Source: an uncultured Alphaproteobacteria bacterium (lineage in GTDB: Bacteria; Pseudomonadota; Alphaproteobacteria; Rhizobiales; Aestuariivirgaceae). Taken from it: 64,000 bases of DNA. Positions within the stretch are counted from its first letter, which is position 1. The number at the start of each line of letters is the position of its first letter. The stretch spans positions 199,298 to 263,297 of the forward strand of contig CAVWHD010000026.1 of NCBI GenBank assembly GCA_963754675.1, in the 5' to 3' direction. Under the pieces are notes generated by a model. That model ran no database searches. It was not told the DNA's origin and saw only the letters and a program-made list of their open reading frames with translations. The translations under genes and the position numbers were made by a program. This document shows, one piece after another, positions 1 through 8,050 of this stretch.

Positions 1-368
1 TCGGCCCACCTTGCGTAAATCCTGCTCCGCGCCATCTGTTCCGGCGTCGGCGTCCACTTCGGCCACTTGGCCTTGCGCCCGATCACTGCCTCGCCCGACC
101 ACGCGAACCCCGCCCGCCCGACGCCCACCCCATAGCGGATGGCCCGCGAACCCTCGAGCACGAGATAGAGATATTTCTTGCGCGGATCGACCACGATGGT
201 CCCCACCGCTTCGCCGCCATCATAGTCAACCTCGCGCCGCCGGAACCGGTAGGCCACCTGCTGGGCATCGGAAACAAATATCGGAAACGGCTCCGAGGAT
301 GCCTCGCCGCGCGAGGCAAAACAGGCCGCTGGAAACGCCGCGAGAAACTGCCGCCGGTTGACTGTCAT
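1..368 (-). CDS. L,D-transpeptidase (ErfK/YbiS/YkuD family), 5' part; runs off the window start
   Basis: Manual translation from ATG at 368: MTVNRRQFLAAFPAA (Tat-like) ... GTIVVDPRKKYLYLVLEGSRAIRYGVGVGRAGFAWSGEAVIGRKAKWPKWTPTPEQM. Absent from the ORF track because there is no stop in the window. Confidence 0.9.
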   Translation of the reverse strand, partial: MTVNRRQFLAAFPAACFASRGEASSEPFPIFVSDAQQVAYRFRRREVDYDGGEAVGTIVVDPRKKYLYLVLEGSRAIRYGVGVGRAGFAWSGEAVIGRKAKWPKWTPTPEQMARSRIYARWA

Positions 369-550
369 GGTGCCAGAACTACACCATCGATTGCGGCGGA
401 TTTGTGAGATGAAAGCGGCACCGTTTGCCATTCACCCCCCTTCTCCCCGTCGCAGCCGCCGAGACGGCCATCCAGCCGCGCCGCCAGACGATAGACATCC
501 CCAATTGGCGTCCACTTCCTTGATCTAACTCCCTCCGCGGCAAATACGGG

Positions 551-598
551 CTTGACAAAGTGCATGTCCGTTTATATGTGTATTTGTGTATTTGTTTT
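551..598 (+). promoter_or_regulatory. Probable promoter of the low-GC gene pair
   Basis: CTTGAC(A) at 551-557, AT-rich TTATAT at 572-577 (spacing shorter than typical), and a tandem TGTGTATTT repeat just upstream of ATG 614. Confidence 0.4.
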
Positions 599-613
599 GA
601 GAATGGATAAAGG

Positions 614-1339
614 ATGGCACTCAAAGACCTGGTTGCATCGAAGGCATCATTGGATGAAGAGACGATTGAAGAAATCGTTGCGAGTTACGTTCGATACGAC
701 ATTGAAAACCAGACGATATTTCTTACCCCAGAATCCAATAAGCTTTCCAGCAAAGACAAAGTGCTAATCTACCTAGTCGCACTGCAGGGCTGGCCGTTTG
801 TTCAAGATGCTTCGATTTCAGTTGATGCCAAGCCTGCTGAAATTGAGGAGCACACAGGTATTGCAGGTGGCACGCTACGACCCGTTTTGAAGGAATTGAA
901 GGATCGCAACATCATTGTCGAGAAAGGCGGGAGATATTCTGTGAGAGCGGTTGCCATGGGGTCCATTAAGACAGAACTTGGCCAGGGTAACACCAAGCGA
1001 GGATCTGCTGTCTCCGCAAGACCAAATGCCAAAGCAAGGCCCTCCGGCAAGCCAAAACTAACGGGGACAAACGAGCAAAAATCAGCAAAAAAAACCGCGC
1101 GCCCAAGTGCGGGCGGAGGAATTAATGATCGCTTCAAGGCATGGATTCAAGAAGGTTACTTCAATCAGCCCAAGACGCTGTCTGACGTTCAGCAGCGCTT
1201 CCACAGAGAAGCGATAATCATCCCTCAAACAAGTCTCCCCACATACTTGTTAGGCGGCGTGCGATCGGGTGATCTAGTCAGAGAAAAACAAGAGATCGCT
1301 GGGAAGTCAGTATGGACATACACTCAAAAAGGCAAATAA
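614..1339 (+). CDS. Hypothetical protein with two predicted winged-helix domains joined by a K/R/G/A-rich linker
   Basis: 241-aa ORF. N-domain ...PAEIEEHTGIAGGTLRPVLKELKDRNIIVEKGGRYSV; C-domain GYFNQPKTLSDVQQRF...LLGGVRSGDLVREK...WTY. Low GC; TAATG overlap with the next gene. Confidence 0.75.
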   Translation: MALKDLVASKASLDEETIEEIVASYVRYDIENQTIFLTPESNKLSSKDKVLIYLVALQGWPFVQDASISVDAKPAEIEEHTGIAGGTLRPVLKELKDRNIIVEKGGRYSVRAVAMGSIKTELGQGNTKRGSAVSARPNAKARPSGKPKLTGTNEQKSAKKTARPSAGGGINDRFKAWIQEGYFNQPKTLSDVQQRFHREAIIIPQTSLPTYLLGGVRSGDLVREKQEIAGKSVWTYTQKGK

Positions 1340-2100
1340 TGCAGGCCGCACAGTACTTCTATGCCAACGCAAAGGACAAGATTTCAGCTAAGGGTGATTT
1401 GCCAGACTTCTTTGTGTACTTTCTGACAGTCGAATGCGGCGATGATTTCGCGACAACCGTTTCGATTAAGAAGTGTTATCATGCTTGCGATCTAAGTTCA
1501 CCTAGCTGGCTGGCTTCACATCTGTCAAACGGTCTAAAGTCAAAGCCAAAGCGTTTTGTTAGGCGTGATGGGGGTTATCGTTTGGAACACCATCGTAGGT
1601 CGGAAATTGAAGGTCTACTGGGATGCGAATTAAGTAGCTTACAAACAAGTGCAACTCTGAACGGATTAGAGTCGAAATTACCAGTCGGAAACGAAAGGGA
1701 CTTCCTGCAAGAAACCACTAAATGCTTCGCAGCGGGAGCCTTCAGGGCCGCGGTTGTTATGTGTTGGAACTTGGTTCTGCACCACATGCAGACTTATATC
1801 TTGCAAGATTTTGTCCGGTTGGCGTCATTCAACGCAACGCTGTCAAGAAACACAGACACAAGAGTAAAAGTCAAATCCGTTCACAAACAGGACGACTTCA
1901 CTGAAATGCCAGAGAACAAATTCCTGCTATTCTGTAGAGAGTCCAAATTGATTTCAACGCCAATCTTCAAAAAGCTCGATCGAAGCCTAGACGATCGAAA
2001 TAACGCTGCCCATCCATCCGGTGTGCGAGTGACGCCAAAGTTTGCTGAGGCGTATATCGAAGACTTGGTTCAAAACACAATCCTGAAGTATCAACTATAG
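1339..2100 (+). CDS. Putative HEPN-domain RNase (DUF4145/Swt1-like) with an N-terminal wHTH-like domain
   Basis: ATG overlaps the upstream stop (TAATG). C-terminal helical domain CFAAGAFRAAVVMCWNLV...LDDRNNAAHPSG carries the HEPN Rx4H motif (RNNAAH). Confidence 0.75.
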   Translation: MQAAQYFYANAKDKISAKGDLPDFFVYFLTVECGDDFATTVSIKKCYHACDLSSPSWLASHLSNGLKSKPKRFVRRDGGYRLEHHRRSEIEGLLGCELSSLQTSATLNGLESKLPVGNERDFLQETTKCFAAGAFRAAVVMCWNLVLHHMQTYILQDFVRLASFNATLSRNTDTRVKVKSVHKQDDFTEMPENKFLLFCRESKLISTPIFKKLDRSLDDRNNAAHPSGVRVTPKFAEAYIEDLVQNTILKYQL

Positions 2101-2122
2101 CCCGCCTCACCGCGCAAACTGC

Positions 2123-3773
2123 TTATACTTGCTTGTACTTGATCCTCCTCGGCATCACGCTGTCCTCGCCCAGCCGCCGCTTCTTATCTTCCTCGTAATC
2201 CTGGAAGTTCCCCTCGAACCATTCCACATGGCTGTCGCCTTCGAACGCCAGGATATGGGTGGCGAGCCGGTCGAGGAACATGCGGTCATGCGAAATAATC
2301 ACGGCGCAGCCGGCGAAATCTTCCAGCGCCTCTTCCAGCGCCGCGAGTGTTTCGGTGTCGAGGTCGTTGGTGGGCTCGTCCAGCAGCAAGACATTGGCGC
2401 CGGACTTGAGCATCTTGGCCAAATGCACGCGGTTGCGCTGGCCGCCCGAAAGGGTTCCCACCTTCTGCTGCTGGTCGGCGCCCTTGAAGTTGAAGGTGCC
2501 CGTATAGGCGCGGGAGTTCATCTCGCGCTTGCCGAGATAGACGATGTCGTTGCCGCCGGTGATTTCCTGCCACACGGTCTTATCGGGATCGAGCGAATCG
2601 CGGCTCTGGTCGACATAGCCGAGCGTGACACTTTCGCCGATCGCGATCTTGCCCGAGTCCGGCTTCTCCTGACCCGTCAGCATACGGAACAATGTCGTCT
2701 TGCCGGCGCCGTTGGGCCCGATGATGCCGACGATGCCGCCGGGCGGCAGTTTGAAGGACAGGTCCTCGATTAAGAGCCGCTCGCCATAAGCCTTGTTGAG
2801 GCCTTCGACCGTGATGACATTGCCGCCGAGCCGCTCGCCCGGCGGAATGATGATCTGCGCCGTGGTTGATTTGAGGCGGTTCTCGTTGGCGGTGATCAGC
2901 TCGTCATAGGCCTTGAAGCGCGCCTTGGACTTGGCCTGGCGGGCCTTGGGCGAGGACGAAATCCATTCCTGCTCGCGCTCGATCACCTTCTGGCGCGCCT
3001 GGTCCTCGCGGCTCTCCTGGGCGAAGCGGCGGGCCTTCTGGCCGAGATAGGCGGAGTAATTGCCTTCATAGGGAATGCCGCGGCCGCGGTCGAGCTCGAG
3101 AATCCAGCCTGTGACATTGTCGAGGAAATAGCGGTCATGGGTGACGATCAGGATCGAGCCGGGATAATCGCGCAAATGATGCTCGAGCCAGTTCACCGAT
3201 CTCGGCATCGAGATGGTTGGTGGGCTCGTCGAGCAGCAGGAGATCGGGCTTGCGCAGGAGGAGTTGGGTGAGCCCCACCCGGCGCTTCTCGCCGCCCGAG
3301 AGATTGTCGATCGATGAGTCACCGGGAGGACACCGCATGGCGTCCATCGCCTGCTCCACCTGGGCCTCGAGGTCCCACAGGTTCTGCGCGTCGATCACGT
3401 CCTGCAGCTTGCCCGCCTTCTCGGCGTTCTCGTCGCTGTAGTCCGCCATCAGCGCGTTGTATTGATCGAGGACCGCCTTCTTGGCCGCCACCCCCTCCAT
3501 CACATTGCCCATCACATTAAGCGCCGGATCGAGCTCCGGCTCCTGCTGGAGATAGCCGCAAGTCGCCCCATCGGCCAGCCACGCCTCGCCGTTCCACTCG
3601 CTGTCGAGCCCCGCCATGATGCGTAAGAGCGTCGACTTGCCCGACCCATTGGGACCCAGCACGCCGATCTTGGCGTCCGGGTAGAACGACAGGTGAATAT
3701 TATCGAGAACCTTCTTGCCGCCGGCATAGGTCTTCGACAGGCCCTGCATATGATAAATGAACTGACGCGCCAT
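2123..3773 (-). CDS. ettA: Energy-dependent translational throttle ABC-F ATPase EttA/ChvD (one apparent +1 frameshift at ~3200)
   Basis: MARQFIYHMQGLSKTYAGGKKVLDNIHLSFYPDAKIGVLGPNGSGKST, two ABC domains, C-terminal FEGNFQDYEEDKKRRLG. ORFs 3135..3773 and 2123..3322 join if t3200 is removed. Confidence 0.95.
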
Positions 3774-3859
3774 GGTGTAAAAATCCGCTGAAATGCGATG
3801 GAGATGGCGCGGGTTCTAGGGCCGAACCGACACTCTGTAAACCGTCTGCTCGCAGGAGA

Positions 3860-3900
3860 TTGCAAATTCGCAAACCTGGTGCCATATTGTCTGCATGGCA
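3860..3900 (+). promoter_or_regulatory. Probable promoter and operator of the xre-res operon
   Basis: TTGCAA(3860-65)-N17-CATATT(3883-88). Inverted repeat TGCCAT(3880-85)-N9-ATGGCA(3895-3900) overlaps the start codon. No SD sequence visible. Confidence 0.5.
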
Positions 3901-4383
3901 AACAAACTGGCGCATTCAAAGACCCGGACGGTGCAGACGCCACGTTCAGCGAAGACGGCTTCACCCGTTCTGACGGCTTTGCAACTTACAAAAAAGCTGC
4001 AACGAAAATGGTCTCAAGCAACGCTGGAGGCCGCTAACGGCATCTCGAAACCACTGACAATCAAGGACTTTAAGGCGATCTGGGGTAAACAGTTCAAGTC
4101 CGAGGAACTCGAAGATCTGGTCGTGGCGAGGCGGACGCTGGCGCGCCGGAAGTTGCTATCAGGCAAGCTTTCGCGAGAGGAAACCGACCGTGCGATGCGT
4201 CTTGCCCGAATTGCCTCCGAAGCCAGCAAAGTCTTCGGCAACGCCGAAAAGGCATCACGCTGGTTGCGCGGCCCGCAGGCCAAATTGTCGGGCCGCACGC
4301 CGCTTTCGCTGCTGGAAAGCGAAGCTGGGACTGCCGTTGTCGAGAATCTGCTGGGGCAGATCGAACACGGCATGTTCGCCTAG
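3895..4383 (+). CDS. Type II antitoxin, Xre/MbcA/ParS family (DUF2384)
   Basis: RRTLARRK...LSREETDRAMRLARIASEASKVFGNAEKASRWLRGPQAKLSGRTPLSLL...LGQIEHGMFA; 1-nt overlap with the RES gene. Confidence 0.9.
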   Translation: MANKLAHSKTRTVQTPRSAKTASPVLTALQLTKKLQRKWSQATLEAANGISKPLTIKDFKAIWGKQFKSEELEDLVVARRTLARRKLLSGKLSREETDRAMRLARIASEASKVFGNAEKASRWLRGPQAKLSGRTPLSLLESEAGTAVVENLLGQIEHGMFA

Positions 4384-4814
4384 TGATCCTCTGGCGCATT
4401 TCCGTCTTTGCCAATTTGGACGGTCTCGGAGGCCTCAAATATTCCGCGCGTTGGCATTCCGCCGGCCGGCCCATCGTCTATGCCGCAGACCATCCGGCGG
4501 GCGCGTTGTGCGAAATGCTTGTTCACGTGGACAGTGACGACCTGCCGGACACGTTTCAGCTTCTGAAAGTAGTTGTTCCGGCCGCTGTCGATGCCCGCGA
4601 ACCCGTCCTCCCGGGTAACTGGTTAGAAGACCCGGCCGTAACCAGGGCAATAGGCGATACTTGGCTTATCCAGTCCACGGCACTTTTGCTTCGCGTCCCG
4701 TCGGCGATCGTGCCTGACGCATGGAACTTCCTGATTAACCCTTTGCATCCCCAAGCCACGGCGCTACGGATCGAAAGTGCGCGGCATGTTCCGCTGGACC
4801 GGCGTCTGAAATAG
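4383..4814 (+). CDS. RES-domain toxin (NAD+-consuming family)
   Basis: WRIS...RWHSAGRPIVYAADHPAGALCEMLVH...LRVPSAIVPDAWNFLINPLHP with conserved R, E, S, Y and N residues. Confidence 0.9.
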   Translation: MILWRISVFANLDGLGGLKYSARWHSAGRPIVYAADHPAGALCEMLVHVDSDDLPDTFQLLKVVVPAAVDAREPVLPGNWLEDPAVTRAIGDTWLIQSTALLLRVPSAIVPDAWNFLINPLHPQATALRIESARHVPLDRRLK

Positions 4815-4820
4815 GGCCCG

Positions 4821-5618
4821 TCAGCCCCCATCAGCCCGTTTTGCCGTGGATTCGACCTGGAGCTTCTTCTGATACCTGCCCTGGATGATATCGACGATCA
4901 CCAGCGCCGCCACCACGAAATAGAAGGTTGATTTCTCCAGCGGGTGGATTTCATAGCCGAAGAGATCGAGATGCGCGATATGGGCTCCGTCCGAAAGCAG
5001 CATGACGCCCACCAGCAGCAGCACGAAAAGCCCCAGCACTTCATAGAGCCGGTTCTTCTCGAGAAACCTGGCCACATGGCCGGAAAGCAGCACCATCAGG
5101 GCCCCCGACACAATGATGGCCAGCGTCATGATCAGGAAATGATCGGTGAGTGCCACCGCCGAAAGCACCGTATCGAAAGAGAAGACGATGTTCATCACCA
5201 TCATCCAAAACAGCGCCTTGGCCACGCTGTTATGGCGCGGCCCCTCGCCTTCTTCATGTTCGAGATCCTCGATTGACATCATGTGGCGGATTTCGGTGAG
5301 CGCCGTATGAATGAGGAACAGCCCGCCCAGCATGACGATCAGGCTGTGGCCGCTGACATTGGCATGGATGACCGGGAAATTGACGCTGAACCACGGCGCC
5401 TGGAACATGGCGATCAGTTGCAGCACCACGAACAGCAGCACGATGCGTAGCGCAATGGCCAGCACCATGCCGATCTGCCGCACCCGCTGTTGGCTTTCGG
5501 GCGGAACCCGCTTGGCCTCGATGGCGATGTAGAGCAGGTTGTCGAACCCCAGCACCGTTTCCAGTGCCGTGAGAATAAGAAGGGTGAAAAGGTTCTCGAC
5601 GGTGAAAAGATCGGCCAT
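4821..5618 (-). CDS. TerC family integral membrane protein
   Basis: LETVLGFDNLLYIAI and IVFSFDTVLSAVAL TerC signatures; multiple TM helices. Confidence 0.9.
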   Translation of the reverse strand: MADLFTVENLFTLLILTALETVLGFDNLLYIAIEAKRVPPESQQRVRQIGMVLAIALRIVLLFVVLQLIAMFQAPWFSVNFPVIHANVSGHSLIVMLGGLFLIHTALTEIRHMMSIEDLEHEEGEGPRHNSVAKALFWMMVMNIVFSFDTVLSAVALTDHFLIMTLAIIVSGALMVLLSGHVARFLEKNRLYEVLGLFVLLLVGVMLLSDGAHIAHLDLFGYEIHPLEKSTFYFVVAALVIVDIIQGRYQKKLQVESTAKRADGG

Positions 5619-5646
5619 GCCCTGCCCCGGAAGGATTCGTGATTTC

Positions 5647-5748
5647 CAATTCTGTCATTGCCGGGCTTGTCCCGGCAACCCATCGTTTGGCAATACCGGT
5701 GCCCGGCGAAACATGGGTCGCCGGAATAAATCCGGCGATGACAATTGA
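5647..5748. repeat. REPIN-like inverted pair of GTCA-tagged palindromic repeats
   Basis: TGTCATTGCCGGGCTTGTCCCGGCAACCCA (5653-5682) and inverted TGGGTCGCCGGAATAAATCCGGCGATGACA (5714-5743). Confidence 0.8.
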
Positions 5749-5753
5749 GGGGA

Positions 5754-6062
5754 CTACACTTTCTTGCGCCGCATGGCCAGCCACCAGACGAGAAGGCCCA
5801 CAAGCAATGGCGGGCCGCCCAGCGTGGCGATCGCTTCCCAGGTCACATACTGCTCGCCCGTGGGCCTCATGCTCAAGGCAAACAGCAACGAACACCCGCC
5901 GGCGAACAGGAACGTCAGCAACCCCGCTGCCGCAAAGATCAGCCGCAACCCGGAATGCCGCGACAGGCCGGAGGCTGCCCGCCGTTTCTCATGGCGGTCG
6001 AGCAGCAGCCACAAGACGAGGCCCAGCACCAGCGGACCCACAATGAGTAAGGTTGCCGACAT
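5754..6062 (-). CDS. Small membrane protein A with FLFAGGC motif (102 aa)
   Basis: ATG at 6062 overlaps the upstream TGA. Three hydrophobic segments; Cys57 follows a basic stretch and a hydrophobic helix. Confidence 0.7.
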   Translation of the reverse strand: MSATLLIVGPLVLGLVLWLLLDRHEKRRAASGLSRHSGLRLIFAAAGLLTFLFAGGCSLLFALSMRPTGEQYVTWEAIATLGGPPLLVGLLVWWLAMRRKKV

Positions 6063-6298
6063 CACTCGCCCTCTTTCGCCTTCTGGCGCTTCTGCCGGTC
6101 GATCTTCAGGCCCTGGCGGAACAGGAAATAACCGCCAACCATCGGCGCCAGCCCGAACGGCAGCCAGATCGACAGGATGGTCTCCATGTCGCGGGCGAAG
6201 TTCTGGGGTTCCCAGACGATCAGCCCAAGTCCGATCAGCGTGCATCCCCCACCAAACAGGAGGAGCAGAAGACCGAATACGATCAGCAAAACATGCAC
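6062..6298 (-). CDS. Small membrane protein B with LLFGGGC motif (78 aa from GTG 6298)
   Basis: GTG 4 nt after the previous stop; MHVLLIVFGLLLLLFGGGC places Cys at position 19; second TM segment and basic C-tail. The track start at 6319 is an alternative. Confidence 0.7.
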   Translation of the reverse strand: MHVLLIVFGLLLLLFGGGCTLIGLGLIVWEPQNFARDMETILSIWLPFGLAPMVGGYFLFRQGLKIDRQKRQKAKEGE

Positions 6299-6302
6299 GG
6301 CA

Positions 6303-6641
6303 CTATACTCTCTTTGCAACGGCGACGCTGAGTCCCGCCTTCACCAGAAATGCAACGGCGGCGAGCAAGCCCCATTGCAGCATTTGCCTGTCGTTACCGG
6401 AATAGGCCAGAGTCAACCCTCCCAGGATGAGAGCCACTGCCACATCGGCGCTGGCCATGACATAGAACAGCGGCCGCAATGGTCCGGACATCCCCCACAT
6501 AACCGCGATCATCAAGGCATTGAGTGCCACGATGCCCCAGCAGACGATGGCAAGCAGGCCGCCGCTGCTCCCAAGCGTAATGACGCAACCGCCCACGAAA
6601 AGGATAATCGTGCCACAGAGGATGCTGAGCAGAACTTTCAT
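6303..6641 (-). CDS. Small membrane protein C with ILFVGGC motif (112 aa)
   Basis: ATGA overlap with the radical SAM stop; MKVLLSILCGTIILFVGGC places the motif Cys at position 19; about four hydrophobic segments. Confidence 0.75.
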   Translation of the reverse strand: MKVLLSILCGTIILFVGGCVITLGSSGGLLAIVCWGIVALNALMIAVMWGMSGPLRPLFYVMASADVAVALILGGLTLAYSGNDRQMLQWGLLAAVAFLVKAGLSVAVAKRV

Positions 6642-8050
6642 GGCAACCCCCTCGACATTGCCAGCCGCTTCCGCGCCGCCTCGTCGCGGTAGAACATGTT
6701 GTAGGTTTCGAACGGAATGATCTGGCCAGCGGGCGTGACGAAATGGATGCAGCTGCGTTTCACCCTTCCGATGCAGAAGTTGTGGGCATCCATGAATTCG
6801 ACAATCGCGATGCGGAAGATGTTTTCGTAAGCCAGGCCTTCGAGCGCCGGGATTTCCGGCAGGCAACAGAGCAGCGCGTTGAGCTTTTCCGGATTGTTGC
6901 ATTCCGCCGTGGCCAGCGAGAAGAAATTGAGCACCTGCTTGTGGAGATCGGGGAACTTCTCGAAGGTAATGGCATTGGGCAGCGCCTCCACCAGCATCTC
7001 GCGTGGGAAAAACGAGGTGATCGGCGCGATTTTATCGCCCTTGCGGAGTGCGTAGCCGATGGCGATCGATTCCGGATTGCACGGTAGCGGAATGATGTCG
7101 CCCTCGCCGAAGGCCGTGCCTGCCTCGATGATGGCGCGGCGGATGTCGGAGAGCACGAAGCGGTCGCGCTCCGGCTCGAAATTCTCATTGCGCCCGGCAT
7201 CCTGAATGGGCTGGAAGGTGATGCCGCGCACGCATTTCCATGTAAGCGCATGCTCGATGATCTCGCCCAGCTCATCGTCATTCACCCCGCGCTTCACCAC
7301 CACCACCAGCGTGGTCGAAATCGATTCCCTTTCAAGGGCTTCCAGCGCTTCCCTGCGAATCCGCGTGAGGTCGGCGCCGCGCAGAGTCTTGTGGGCCGAG
7401 GCCCTGAGCGAATCGAATTGCAGATAGACCTCGAAGCCCGGCTTGAATTGCGCCAGCTGTTTGACGAAGGAAGGCTCCTGGGCGATGCGGATGCCGTTGG
7501 TGTTGAGCATGATATGGCGGATCGGCCGTAGCTTCGCCGCCGCGATGATCTCGATGATCTGCGGATGGATGGTGGGCTCGCCGCCCGAGAGCTGCAACAG
7601 GTCGGGCTCGCCCTCGCTCGCCACCAGCGCATCCATCATCCGCTCGATCTCGGCCAGCGGCCGGTGCGCCGTTTTCGCCGTCGAGCTATCGGCGAAACAC
7701 ACGGGGCAGGTGAGGTTGCACGCCTCGTTGACGTCGATCAGGGCCAGGCACGAATGCTGCTCGTGATCCGGGCACAGCCCGCAATCATAGGGGCAGCCCA
7801 GCTCCGTCCGGGTCTGCACCTGCAAGGGCCGGTCGCCCGGCTTCAGGTAATCGTGGGCTAGCTTGTAATAGGCGGGGTCGGTGGAAATGAGCGACTTCTG
7901 CACCCCATGCGACTTGCAGCGCTTGAGATAGAAGACCTTGCCGTCCTCGATGATGATCTTGGCGGGAACCAGCGCCAGGCAGGTCTCGCACAGCGAAGTG
8001 GTCTGGCCATAGAACACATAAGGCGTGATCTTACGGGCGGGTGCGTTCAT
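6638..8050 (-). CDS. Radical SAM protein of the tetraether lipid synthase (Tes/GDGT-MAS, MJ0619)-like clade
   Basis: N-terminal CETC...CKSH metal site, auxiliary CPYDCGLCPDH, radical SAM CNLTCPVC, SGGEPT motif, C-terminal RVKRSCIHFVTPAGQIIPFETYN. SD GGAGGAG. Confidence 0.85.
   Translation of the reverse strand: MNAPARKITPYVFYGQTTSLCETCLALVPAKIIIEDGKVFYLKRCKSHGVQKSLISTDPAYYKLAHDYLKPGDRPLQVQTRTELGCPYDCGLCPDHEQHSCLALIDVNEACNLTCPVCFADSSTAKTAHRPLAEIERMMDALVASEGEPDLLQLSGGEPTIHPQIIEIIAAAKLRPIRHIMLNTNGIRIAQEPSFVKQLAQFKPGFEVYLQFDSLRASAHKTLRGADLTRIRREALEALERESISTTLVVVVKRGVNDDELGEIIEHALTWKCVRGITFQPIQDAGRNENFEPERDRFVLSDIRRAIIEAGTAFGEGDIIPLPCNPESIAIGYALRKGDKIAPITSFFPREMLVEALPNAITFEKFPDLHKQVLNFFSLATAECNNPEKLNALLCCLPEIPALEGLAYENIFRIAIVEFMDAHNFCIGRVKRSCIHFVTPAGQIIPFETYNMFYRDEAARKRLAMSRGLP

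Noticed and set aside
365-565. Short ORFs in the L,D-transpeptidase/island intergenic region as IS remnants or att sites
   Set aside because: No recognisable transposase motif, and no convincing direct repeat shared with the other end of the low-GC island.
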